Below are positions 48,207 through 60,773 of a DNA stretch of 64,000 bases, in pieces. The notes beneath the pieces are model-generated. The model saw only the letters and a list, made by a program, of their open reading frames with translations. It was not told where the DNA came from and searched no databases. The translations under genes were made by a program, and so were the position numbers. How positions within the stretch are numbered: position 1 is the first letter of the stretch; each line of letters opens with the position of its first letter. Location of the stretch: contig JBHGNT010000007.1 in NCBI GenBank assembly GCA_043228905.1, forward strand, positions 19,158,001 to 19,222,000, given 5' to 3'. Source of the DNA: Azolla caroliniana (Eukaryota > Plantae > Polypodiophyta).

Positions 48207-51200
48207 ATGGCGAGGTTTCTGTTGCACACTTCCACCCTCAACCACAAGTACATTTTATGCAGGGCTCTTGGAACGCTCAGCTCCCCGCAAGGGAAAGCTC
48301 TTCTCTTCGACCGCCATGGAAATCCCGAAGAAGTTCTCAGGTATATAAACCTTGACGCTGGAAATTCGTCAGTCGGATGTTCTCCTGCAATGGGAAATGG
48401 GTCACGTTTTGGGTTCGCCCGTCCTGATGCTTTCACGCCCTAATTATCCTAAACAGCAGAATACATGAGAACAGAACATTGTTTTGGATTTATGTGTTAT
48501 GCATGCAAATGGAATCATTGTTCGGCATTCATCTGGTACACATGAAAATGGAATCATTGCTCTGCATTCATCTGGTACACATGAAAATAGTAACATTGCG
48601 CTGCATTCATGCAGTATACATTGTTTTGGATTTATGTGTTATGCATGAAAATATCATTGCTCTGCATTCATCTGATACACATGAAAATGGAATCATTGCT
48701 CTGCATTCATCTGGTACACATGAAAATGGAATCATTCGTCTGCATTCATCTGGTACACAAGAAAATAGTAACATTCCGCTGCATTCATCTAGTACACATG
48801 AAAATGGAACATTGATTTGCATTCATCTAGTATACATAAGAAAATGTAACATTGATTTGCATTCATCTAGTATACATAAGAAAATGAAAACGTTGTTTTC
48901 AAATCTTCTAGTATGCATATGAAAATGGAAACATGGTTTTTGCATTCATCTGGTGTGCATAGGAGAATGGAAATGTAGTTTTGCATTCATCTGGTATGCA
49001 CATGAAAACGGAAACATTGTTTTGCATTCATCTGGTACGCATATGAAAATGGGAACATTGTTTTGCATTCATCTGGCATGCATATGAAAATAGAGCATTG
49101 TTCTGATCTGAGGGAGGAGATAAAGAGAGAGACAAGCAGACAGACAGACTTGTAGATGTCCCGGGAAGACAGCTGAAGGAAAAAGAAGTATGTGTGAAGA
49201 TGCTTGCAGCCCCTATTAATCCATCTGACATAAACCGAATCGAAGGTCATATCATAATCGCTATTGCAAGAGATGTAGTACCTTTTTTTTTGTTCTTTAG
49301 CCTTTGTTTGTGGATTATTCTGTTTCAGGTGTTTACCCTGTTGGTCCTCCTGTACCTGCTGTTGGAGGCAATGAAGGAGTGGGAGAAGTGATTGCAGTTG
49401 CAGATGGGGTAGAGAAACTTGCAGTGAATGATTGGGTCATCCCTGCTATGGCTGGTTTAGGTAGGTGTCCGCCCTTTGTAATATTCCAAAGGTGCTTTAG
49501 TAAATGGAAGGAGATAACTGATGCCATTTGAGTAATTATATGGTCAATCCCATCCCACTTTTCTCTTTCTTTGGGTGTTAACCAGGAGTAATTCCAAAAA
49601 TAACGAAAAACTAAGTAATCTTTTGGAGTTTCGCCCTAAATCATAATTCAGCAATATATTTTTCTTGTATGTAGGAACATGGTCCAACTATGTGGTGAAG
49701 GAAGAAAGTGCATGGTGCAAAGTCCGGAAAGACATCCCGGTTGAGTATGCTGCCACAGCTTTTGTTAATCCTTGCACAGCCTTGCGCATGCTGGAAGATT
49801 TTGTAACTCTAACTGAAGGTCCATGTAATGAAATGCCATGTTTATCATTCTTCAAGAATGTTGCCAAAGTTTACTCTTTGAAAAAGCTCACACTTTGCTC
49901 GGAAATGGTCCAGGAGATTTAGTGGTGCAAAATGGTTCCACCAGCATAGTTGGACAATGTGTTATTCAACTTGCTCACTTGAGGGGTTTAAGAACTGCAA
50001 ATCTTGTTAGAGAAAGGTTGGTTCTTGCTCGTTGCTAGTATCATTAACTGTTGACTATGGTTTTTATATAATCATGTCGTTTTGTATTCGTAGTCTCCTA
50101 GAACCCCATCTTATGAAGATTTAATGGCATCATGAAAGAACTAAAATGTAGTTAAATTCAATGGTCACGTGCCATAAAATTAGGATGTAAAGAAATGGAA
50201 AGTTCCACTTTCCTACCAAAACTAGGGAGAAATTCTGATTAATCTTAAAACTCAAGAAAGAATTTTTAAGTTTTACAAATTCTAGTAGCTTTGGAGAGAA
50301 TAAACCTGCAAAACTTTTTAAAACATGAATCCCACCATGGAATTGCAATTATTTACTCTATTTTAAGTGCTTAATATAAATCCGTTATAATACAGAGTCC
50401 TTCCTTACACCATGATAGTGGGCCCAAAGGAACATATTCACCCAATTATGAAGTAGACTGCGTATCTATTCTGTTGTTTATTTCCATAGTATTATCCTTA
50501 CAACATAACATAATCACCACATGAAAAATTCTATCGAAAAAATGTTGAGAATGAACATGATAGATGGCTTTAGAGAGATCTTGTGTTTTAAGAGATTTTA
50601 GAGCTTGTTTTGTCTTGTAATACTGACTTGTTAGTATATGCAGATCAGATCTGGCAGAGGTGAAGAAGAGACTAGAGGGCTTGGGTGCCTCAGCAGTTTT
50701 CACTGAAAGTGAAATGAGTTCTTTGGTAAGCATATCCTTAAGCTGTTGTTAGTTTTGAAAGGTTCCAATGAACTATTGACTCTCTAACTAAATTTTGAAA
50801 TAATTTTCAGGATAATATAAAAGGTGCCAAACTAGGGCTAAATTGTGTAGGTGGAAGTGCAGCAACTGGGGTCATGAAGCTACTTGGGTAAGGTTTAGAA
50901 TAGGTATCAGTTTTATTTTTGCATACAAAATATTTATATTAATTTGAGAAATAAAAGAAATTTTCGGTTTTTGTTTTCCAACAGTGAAAATGGTACCATG
51001 GTAACTTATGGTGGCATGGCAAAAAAACCTATTACAGTTTCTACCTCTGCTATGATATTTAAGGTAATGTGTGTTTTGAGCACTATAGAAGTCTGAATAA
51101 AGACATCAAATTCTGTCCTTAAATCATAATCACATTCAGCACCTATGTGTGTATATAATCAGATTTGAACCCAGGTAAATGGGTAAAGTTGGCTTACCAC

Positions 51201-51599
51201 TAGAGCATAGCCCTAATAAGGTGGGAGAGAGTCTCTTAATTTAGAAGTGATTTGACTGATCTTACTTTCACAGGGAATTCAATTGAAAGGTTTCTGGCTC
51301 CAAAAGTGGATGAGCAAGCACACCCCTGAGGATTTAGCAAGAATGACAGAGTACCTCCTCGGATTGGTCTATGAAGGCAAACTTACATACCCGTGAGTTT
51401 TCATTTTTCATCCCTAATGGTTATAACATGGACATTTTCAAGTTGAGCCATCAAACAATCCTAACTTTTTTTTCTCATCCTTTGGTATATGTATTTCCAC
51501 AGGATGCAGACGGTGCCATTATCCGAGTTCAACCTTGCATTAGAGAAGGCGCTCGGGAAGCATGGCTCCGCAATGAAACAAGTCCTTAGGTTCAATTAA
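48207..51599 (+). CDS. MECR: Mitochondrial trans-2-enoyl-ACP/CoA reductase, 354 aa. Exons 48207-48340, 49148-49245, 49329-49460, 49675-49818, 49914-50016, 50644-50725, 50811-50887, 50985-51063, 51274-51392, 51503-51599
   Basis: All introns GT-AG; spliced length 1065 nt, open to TAA; presequence-like N-terminus; [55 protein letters not shown]. Confidence 0.93.
48470..49105. repeat. ~39-bp minisatellite (roughly 14 copies) in MECR intron 1
   Basis: Unit TGCATTCATCTGGTACACATGAAAATGGAATCATTGCTC. Confidence 0.92.
51161..51213 (-). mobile_element. Degenerate tRNA-derived SINE-like head in MECR intron 8
   Basis: Minus strand TGCTCTAGTGGTAAGCCAA...GGGTTCAAATC (A-box-like and B-box-like). Confidence 0.45.
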
Positions 51600-52759
51600 T
51601 TGGAGGTGCCAAACAAAAGAGGAAATCAATACAAAAAGATATTTACATGTAAAGGGTGTGCAATTGAATGTATAGTTAGTGAATGTGCTGAGAAAAAATC
51701 AAGTTCAGCACCAGTAGTTTTCATTGTTAATGCCAACATTTGTGAACATAATATGTAGCTCTCATCATTTAAAAGAGTTTTATGCATTCCAAAAGAAAAG
51801 ATTTTATATTTTTAATGTTCAGACGCATGTCGTAACTAACCTTCTTTAAAGATTTGAGTTGTCCTTAGGCTCCCAAGAAGGTTGAAAAAGAACTTGACTT
51901 CAAAGATCTTGAATGTGTAACAGAATGCTGTTATGCTGGCATTGACTCATCAGCAGAGAAAACTCAATAAACTATGCACGATACCGATGGAAACTAATGT
52001 ACATTTATCTTTTGATTGTTGATTGCTTTCACAATCGTGTTGAAGTGGCAGCTTGACTTGGATCATCACTAATCAAAATGCTTACCTTTTTGAGCTGAAT
52101 TTTTTGAACTAAACTTAATGAAATGCTAAAGTTATGAAGTGCAAGTTGATACTCAAAATGCCAAAGATAATATATGAAGTATGCTTTATGGGTGAATTTC
52201 AACGATAATCATGATGGTTTGAGTTTTACATCCTTCAATATGAGAATCTAAGTGGATTCAGATCAAAGAAGTCATGGCATGGCATTCAGTAGTAAAAGTG
52301 TAATGCCAGACAGTAAAAGACTAAAAATCTCAGTGAAAAAGTTTACCCATTTGTCGTAAATACATTTCTGTAGTAGAATTGGTTTATGCGTAAGCTATTT
52401 ATTGTCAGAGATACAAGTAGTATGGCAAAAGTAGATGTCCAACAAGGCAGTGTCATGCCAACACTGAGATTTAATAGTCAATGTGAATGTTTGTGAAATG
52501 AAACCCTTTGGAAGAGGGCTGTATGAAGCGGTTTTTGCTTTATGGAAAGCTGTCAAGATTCAATGAATTTTCTTTTAATCTCTCAATACCTCCATCCCTC
52601 ATTAACAGAGTCGGTTCTTTCGATAAAAACCTGGAGGATTATTTGCTTCAATTCACATTTTCACCTCATGTTTCCTTTTTTTGTGAACTTGGTATTGGTA
52701 TTCTTCCATTGAATCGATGGCAATTTTGAATTTTGTATAGTGAAGCAGCGACCACTCAA

Positions 52760-53460
52760 TGTCAATTCCCATGTAGCCGAAGGGGATTAAGTCTCAATTT
52801 CAATGTCTGCCCACCATTCATGACTTCACCAACTTGATGTTTAATTAAAAACCATTTAATTTGTCCAGCCACAAATATGTTAGGAACTTTTGTTAAGCCG
52901 TATATGAATTGTAATCCTTGATGAATAAGGAAAATAATCGGATCATTGGTTTCTTGATCACATATGCAATTTAGTGTCCTGAATTTAGCATTCACACCCA
53001 TGAGTGCCAAATACGTACAAATAATCTTTACCACTCATTGATGACACGTGTTGATAGTGAAATTGCTCATTGTTGGCATGAAAGTCGTTATCTTCAAAAA
53101 GTTGGATCTTAAGAGGGAGCCATATTATTCACCAGATAGTTTTAATATGGCCACAACAACTTTAGTTAATGATAGATACCAAAAGATTTTGGTTATAACA
53201 AATAATGATTGTACATACACTTTTGTCTACATTGGCAAATCTATGAGATCCTAATTCAACACATTTCAGTAATGCAATGATCTCAAATATTTGGTCTACC
53301 TTTGAACATCACAAGATATGTAAAAATATCATGCAATCCAAATGGTGGCAAAACATCACTCGGTATGCAAAAACATAATTAAGTTAAAGCATGTCCTCAA
53401 TATGCCCACATCAACTTACATATTTGCGGAGTCCAGCATTTTGTGAGTCAATTTTCTCTT
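52760..53460 (-). pseudogene. Possible very decayed Gypsy RT remnant
   Basis: FAYRVM and GQIKW fragments only. Confidence 0.3.
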
Positions 53461-53513
53461 GTGAGTGAGTATGTGTTAGCCATGGGATGATGTCGATACT
53501 TGGACTAGACAAA

Positions 53514-53778
53514 TTGACAAATCATGTATGAGTGTATATGTGTAATCGATTTCTACATTTTTAAAAGTAAACGTTAAGGCCCAACCTTATGTTGACGAGC
53601 AAGTTCAAAGCTAAAACTTTCATTTGCATAATTTTCAAGAAGCTAAGTTGACAAATCGTGTATGAGTGTATATGTGTATATGTGTAATCGATTTCTACAT
53701 TTTTAAAAGTAAAAGTTAAGGCCCACCCTTATGTTGACGAGCAAGTTCAAAGCTAAACTTTCATTTGCATAATTTTCA
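53514..53778. repeat. ~130-bp tandem duplication
   Basis: TTGACAAATC...GCATAATTTTCA present twice. Confidence 0.9.
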
Positions 53779-54359
53779 TGGTGAAAGAGGGTCCCCACTT
53801 TCTATGAGCTTCGACTTTGAAAGATTGTACCCATTAATATGTATATTCTATCATGTGAAGCTTAGTTGAAACGACCATATGCCTCCCTTGATGCACTCGA
53901 GTGGCAATGTACACATTTATAATTTCAATTTAAGGAACCAAATTGTATTTTCTTTTACCTCATTGGCACACCCTCATTTGTACATGGATCACAAAATGTG
54001 GGGGCTAGGACTCTATTCAAAGACTATAAATTTTCTCTTAGCAGAAGTCAACCCACACAAAGTTATTTGTGATGGATGGGAGCACATGGAAAAAACTCTA
54101 TGGATGGTCTATGGATGGCCACCAACGTCACGTGACCTCATTAAAGAAAGATAACACTATTAGTTGTTTGACATATGTGAAATGGTTGCAACTTGTAAGG
54201 GCATGTTGTACTAACTAAGGAAAGACAATATACTTTTAGAGGTTGTATGACTAATTTAGAATGATGGTGATCGTTGGTTATGCAACCAACAAATATGTAA
54301 GGTTATACGATGCAATAACAACTCACCATGTAACCTATACAAGCCACTTGGAAATGCGT

Positions 54360-55243
54360 TGTCGAGGAAATCCTCATGTGTTCGCGAAATGAAGCGGAAC
54401 CATCGAGGTCCTGGACTGGAAGGATTCGAAGTCTGTACTAGCGTAAACGAGAAAGTATTTAAGATAGATACAAAGAGAGAGAGAGATTGAGAGACGAAGA
54501 TTCTAATTCAGAGACTGATTGAGAGCGAGATTTTGAACCCTTGACTTCAATTTTTGAGGGACAAGATATATCACTAAAGGATAACTAGATTTTTATTTTT
54601 TATTTTTTTCTTGATTCAGTACATAGCTTGCTTGATCAACTCCTTGATTGATTCCCCTTTTCTTTTATTCTCCACTCTTTTATAGATGCCCCCATACATA
54701 TGATGCATGTGAGGGTGCAAGACATGCATACAATGCATGTAATGCATGAAATGCATGCGATGCATGAAATGCATGCGATGCATGTTTGCCATTTGGCACT
54801 CATGCATTACATGTGATGCATGATAACCATGTCACTCATGCAAGCTCTCATGTATGAGAATTTACATATGAAAAAGTATAATGATGAAAATACAACTTTT
54901 TTAAGAAATGACTTGGCTTTGTGGTATGTCAATTGTGTTATGTAAGGTTGTCCCTCCTTGTGGGGAAGGTTGGTCGAAAAGCCGAAATGAGAGTTGATTA
55001 GCCGAAATCGATCGAGAAAACCGAAATCGTCCAGAAAGCCGAAACAAGAATCGGCTGTCGAAATCGACCAAAAATCCGAATCGGGAGTCGGTTGTCGAAA
55101 TCGACCGAAAAGCCGAAATGGGAGTCGGTTGCCGAAATTGGTCAAAAAGCCGAAACAAGAGTCGGTTGGCCGAAATTGCTTGACAAGTCGAAATAGGATT
55201 CAGTCGAACAGTGGTCGGCCGAACAAAAGTTTGGATGAATTCC

Positions 55244-55279
<36 letters not shown>

Positions 55280-55420
55280 CATGAGAGAGTCATGTTAGCT
55301 GCATATATATGTGGGATAACTCACTGAGAAGAAAACAATGAGAGAAGCGCGAAAGTGAACCCTTCTCGGTTTTCTCATTTCCACATGATTTTCACACCGT
55401 TGCCGAAAATCTTCACGAGA
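54360..55420 (-). mobile_element. Solo LTR of a D-related family (1061 bp)
   Basis: TGTCGAGG...GCCGAAAATCTTCACGAGA; collinear with the D LTR (CTTTTATAGATGC, CATGTCACTCAT, GCTCTCATGTATGAGAATTTACAT); TSD GCGT (54356-54359 / 55421-55424). Confidence 0.9.
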
Positions 55421-56129
55421 GCGTACATTTGTGTCTAAGAGATATTTATGTAAATGAGAAAATCAAGATTTGATCATAGAACAATATCTTTAGTATAATT
55501 GCTCCTTCTCTTGAATTTCTAATGTGTTTCTAGTGTGGTTCGTGCTTAGAGAGCTACCATATCTCCCCGTGCTAAGCCATTATCATTACTTAATTTCAAC
55601 TTTGTGGTTGTGCTCTGGTTAAGTGTAATGCGTGCATAGTGAGGTCGTAAGTAAGGGGTGTTAAGCATCTATTACTAATCAACAAAAGATAGAAAGGTGA
55701 AGAGATCGGATAGAAGAACCTGATTCTCTCATCCACCGCCGAGCTATGATCAAGACATAGCCCACCTACCATTGACGTCCCATACCAACAAATATTAGGA
55801 TGGATGACTAGTACCTTGGCATAGGTAACATGATCATCTAGACGAAAGCCTAGCCCACACCACTAATAACAAAGATAGGATATTATGCATAATGGAAAGT
55901 CATTGCTAAGGCAAAGAGAGATTATTAGCACATCGGTAACGCCCTTCATAATTGAATCCCCATTCCTAATGGTGACCTGCATACAAAGATTGTGGAGCCT
56001 TTATGCAATTGCCAACAACCGAACAAAAACACTATTGGTGTCCTCAAATGAATACTTGGTTAGGCTTCATGAAATGCATTTACATATACTGCTCCACTTT
56101 TACTAGAATTTAGAATGCACGAGCTTAGA

Positions 56130-56560
56130 GCTTAATTAGCTTGAAGTGAATTATTGATGAAGGGTACCCCATGAAGTCCATCAAACAAGAACCCATTTCT
56201 CAAGCTCCAATTATACCACATTCCCCCAATACCTATGATAGTAAAACACAACCTTATATGATGGGGTAGGTGGAGCTCTAACACCCCCAATAAAAACTCG
56301 TTGAAAAGGTGACAAAACAATGCAAGTTAATGATGCCAAGAATTGCAATATACCAACCTAACTAGCTTTAGCAACTGACCATGTAATGAACTTGTCTCAC
56401 ATCTTCCTCAATCAGTGTACAGAAAAAGCACGTATCAATGAAAATATGTCTTCATTTTAAAGCTATTGCCAAAGGCAACCACCCACCATCATACACCAAA
56501 GAAACACCATTGCATGAAATAGAAAATGAGACTTCCATCTTGCATCCAAAACTCAAGCTA
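56130..56560 (-). pseudogene. Possible decayed LINE zf-RVT remnant
   Basis: TCFFCTLIEEDV-like motif only. Confidence 0.3.
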
Positions 56561-56623
56561 CAAAAGCATGGTTGAAGGTTGATCCTTTATTCCTAGGGAG
56601 TATCTAACAAAACCATGTGGAAG

Positions 56624-56626
<3 letters not shown>

Positions 56627-56672
<46 letters not shown>

Positions 56673-57580
56673 CTATTATTGTAATATGACCTATGAGACC
56701 AAAAATATTTACATTTCACATAATGCATGTGAAAGTGAATAGTGATTCTTGATGTTCAAGATCTTTACCAATGAATGTTACAATCGAGAGAGCACATTGT
56801 AATTGTGAGAGAAATTCGTGCAAGATTTTGGTTTGGTTGAAGATGTGTGGAAAACATAGTCGAATATGATTAAAGGCAAATCATTGTATTAAGAGACAGA
56901 CCAAGATCCTACAAGGTAATACGGTTTAGAAGATAGTGAGAGAGAGAGAGACAGAAATTGTGAAATTGCAACAGTAAACAAAAAGGAGAGAGGAGGTATT
57001 ATTATTATTAAAAGGCTTAATGAGTGGAAGCTTGTTGCACACCATTTACACATTGGATAATGTGTAATGTATCCTAAACCTTCTTCGCTAACAAAGTTTT
57101 ATCTTCAACCAACTTGTGGTATACATCATTAATGTGCACCACAAATATCACTTTTTTACAGTCAAATAACCAATCTTTCTATGTGCATCAACCTCCAACT
57201 TTGGAATTGGGAACCCTAGAATAGGGAATGCCAATATTGATTGCCGAAAATAACCATGTCTAGGTGTTATATGAAACCTACTTCACATTCTTCGAAAGGC
57301 CATCATTTGCCTCATTGACTCTAAAATGGCATCTTCCACAGTTACCAAGCCAAGCCTTGCCATTTGATTGAACTTTGCCTTGAGACTTTCTGAATAGTCT
57401 TGACGCACTCATCACTTCTGTTTCCAAAGAATTACTATCTTTTTTACACTCAAGGGATTGTCAATTGAACAATTTCAAACATTGTTTCCAAGAGAGCACT
57501 AATTATTTAACCACAATAGATTGTGAACATTTAAATGCTCGAGTACTATTGATAATTTTTATCTCCTCCCTTCTTTCTCT

Positions 57581-57633
<53 letters not shown>

Positions 57634-57863
57634 AAACGCACAACTATATTAATAAATGTGTGTCAGAATATGGAGACATTCACTTCCACATGTATATATA
57701 TGTGAAAATGTTATATTTTTGGTCTTATAGGTCATATTTGACCTCCAACAATGCTAATAAAATCTATTTATCCATCTCTATATGTGCGCACGGATGACAC
57801 ACACAAATCGAGAAATGTTCAAATTTTTAATTAGCCTCCTCATGAACAATAAAACATTTGTTC

Positions 57864-57907
<44 letters not shown>
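56627..57907. repeat. Three GA/CT microsatellites (about 56627-56670, 57585-57630, 57867-57907)
   Basis: Perfect dinucleotide runs. Confidence 0.9.
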
Positions 57908-57909
<2 letters not shown>

Positions 57910-60099
57910 GTATGTGTGAACTGATTGTGTATAATTGGATTCACACAATAAACATTGTCATTTGAAAAAAAATGTCAAATAATAACATCTCCTTAAAAAT
58001 CAAATTGTACTGTATTCAATTATAACAAAGTTGTATGCAACAGTGTGTGTGTGTGTGTGTGTGAACGCATTAAGTTATATTCCCATTGTTGAAATGAATT
58101 TGGTTTGATCATAAAAGCTTTATCCATTTACATCCAACATGAGTATGAACGCATTAAATTGTGTATCCTGTATTTAGTTTCATGTCGAAAAGTTTCACAT
58201 GATTTTTATTGACAAAATAGTCATCGTTAACTTATTACATCCAAGGAACTTTTGTCAAACAAAGTTAGGTTATTTTGTTGGAACATATTGGAAACAAGTG
58301 TTTTCACTCATCTCCTCCATAAGTCTTCGAGTTTTCGAAAATGTAGCAAAAAGTCAAATTGCCAGCAAGTGAATGTTTAAGGCAACTAAATCTTGACTTG
58401 ACTTCTTAAAATTGGAGACATTTTGTTTTGAAGAGACATAATTATTGATTTCTCATTTGTGTAAGCAAATTTAGGTAGTGTCATATGTTTTGTTATTTAC
58501 TTAACTTGATTACTAAGCTCCATTATCGAGTGATGTGATTGCATTCAAACAATAAATGATTAATGTTAGCATATGTTGCGTCATTTTTGCGGTGGTATGT
58601 ATGAATTCTTGAATCTTGAAAACAATCAGTTGGATTTGGTTTTTGACCACGAAGCTATACTGTTATTGGTAAGAGGTTGTTTTTACTTTTTATTTTGCAC
58701 AAACTTAACATGTTATAAACTAGTCAAGAATGAGCTCATTGATGATACGAGTTAGAGACGTCTCTCACTAGTTCAAGGGGGTTGAACTCGGGGCCAAATT
58801 CATTTCTAGGATAGTCAATGAACTTGTGTTTTAGAGATTCAACTCTATCTATTAGCAAAACCCCACAATATTCAAGGTCCTTAATAAAAACGTCTATTAT
58901 GTACCCTTGATTCCAAAACACATAAGTGATTTTCATGTCAATGAGCCCAATGACATTGAACTCTTTAAGTTTTTCTTTAAAGTGTGAACCTTTTGGGTTG
59001 TACATGTTCATCCTTTGACGGAGGATGAGACACATGTGACAACCCAATATCTTTGACCCCACAAGATCTTTGGAGGCAAACTAGCAACCTGTAAATCTTC
59101 TTGACCCCATACGAAGAAAGATTGTAGACGGCTACAAGATTATTTTCCATGTGTTTTTTAAAGGCCTTTGCACATTACTTTTCAAAGCAAGCTTTCAAAC
59201 AGACTTATAATAAGAAACTTGTTCCCCTCTCGAATAGACAATGCTAATGAGTCATCGATGAAAATAAAGAGATACCTTTATAAATCAAAGTCAAACAGAC
59301 AAGTAGGAAATTTTGGCTTTTACCTTAACCATTTGTTTATAAAAGTTTTGAAGCCGGTGGAAAAAACAAAGAGAGTATTCTTCGGTGTGTCTCCCTCACT
59401 CTTTGTTTCTTCTTATTAAAGAAACACATGGATTTAAGGTGCATGAGATCTACGAACACGACCTACTTAATTAGGTGAAGACAATAACAAACTAATTGCA
59501 AAGTTGTGCTATGGAGAACTAACACGTGTACGAGAAACTATCGAGGGGGTGTATGAACTATTGCCAAAACAAGGCCACGATGAATGACATTATATAAAAC
59601 ATGAAGAATGAATGAACTTGACCACATGGGCGGGGGTGAGGAAGTATTTGACTTCTTTCAACTTTCTCGAAAGAGCTATCCCATCAATGTGGAATCATAA
59701 ATTTGAGAGAACCCAAGTTCGATCCATCCTTGCCATGGGCAAGGTCCCAACAATAGATTGCAGTCGGTTTCCCACGGATGTTTAAAAGATATCTATCTAT
59801 CAATTTATCCCCTCATCCCGCCCCCGCTAACTATCTCTCTCTCACACACACATCATTGGGCTCGGCCCATCGCGCATAGGTTGAGACCTATCTCTCGTGG
59901 GCGGCTAATAGATGTCCAAGGGATCATCAACTCCTTCTATACAATGTCTAAGGGGTCTCCTCCTTCAGCCTTGGGGGGGCCCCTTTCCTGGGTCATGGGG
60001 CTTAGCTTGTGATTGTGCACATTGTGGGTCTGTCTCTATATGTCCATAAGTGTGTCTCTATTGTCCATCAGCGACTCTGTCTTGTGATTGCATCAAAAG

Positions 60100-60240
60100 G
60101 CTTCTACTGTCCATCTGTGTGTCTCTAGGTCTTACCTATAACGTACGTGTCTCTAGGGTCATACGTCGATCAATGTGTCTCTAGGTCATACCTATAACGT
60201 ATCATGTAACGTATGTGTCCCTGGGTCTTACCTGTAACGT
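60100..60240. repeat. Short degenerate tandem repeat upstream of the WRKY-like ORF
   Basis: GTGTCTCTAGGTC..ACCTATAACGT about 4 times. Confidence 0.7.
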
Positions 60241-60773
60241 AATAGGCTCCCCCGTCTCTCGTCTCTGGAAGGCGAAGAAGAAGAAGAAGACCCGTGTATT
60301 GCCAACCCAGGCTCGCTCTCTCTGCGTGTGTGAATCGACTCTTGAACTCTTCTTCTTCCTTCTTCTTCTTCTTCCATCTCTACTTACTTTCTATGAATGT
60401 CCCTCTCTCATCTCATCATGTCTCTCTCTTCAAAAGTCTTCTCTCTCTCTCTCTCTATTCTCTCTCTATTCTCTCTCTCTCTCTCTCTATTCTCTCTCTA
60501 TTCTCTCTCTCTCTCTCTACTCACCTATTTAAGCTCTGTTTCTTGCTCCCCTGCTTCTGAATGTTCTTTCTACTTCCTCTTTCTTTTTCTGTGCCTCTGT
60601 TTCTCTTCTGCTTTTGACTCCCCCAAAATTCTCTCCTTGCTCTTTCAATTTAGGGTTTCCAATTCCCCCCCCCCCCCTGTTTCTCTCTGATCCCTGCTTT
60701 CAGGGCTTCCTTCTCTCCTCTCTCTCTCTCTCTCCTTCAATTCAGGGTTAGGTTTTTAGGATCTTGCTTTGCC

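Noticed and set aside
59690-59760. SINE with B-box-like AGTTCGATCC
   Set aside because: No convincing A-box, tail or TSD
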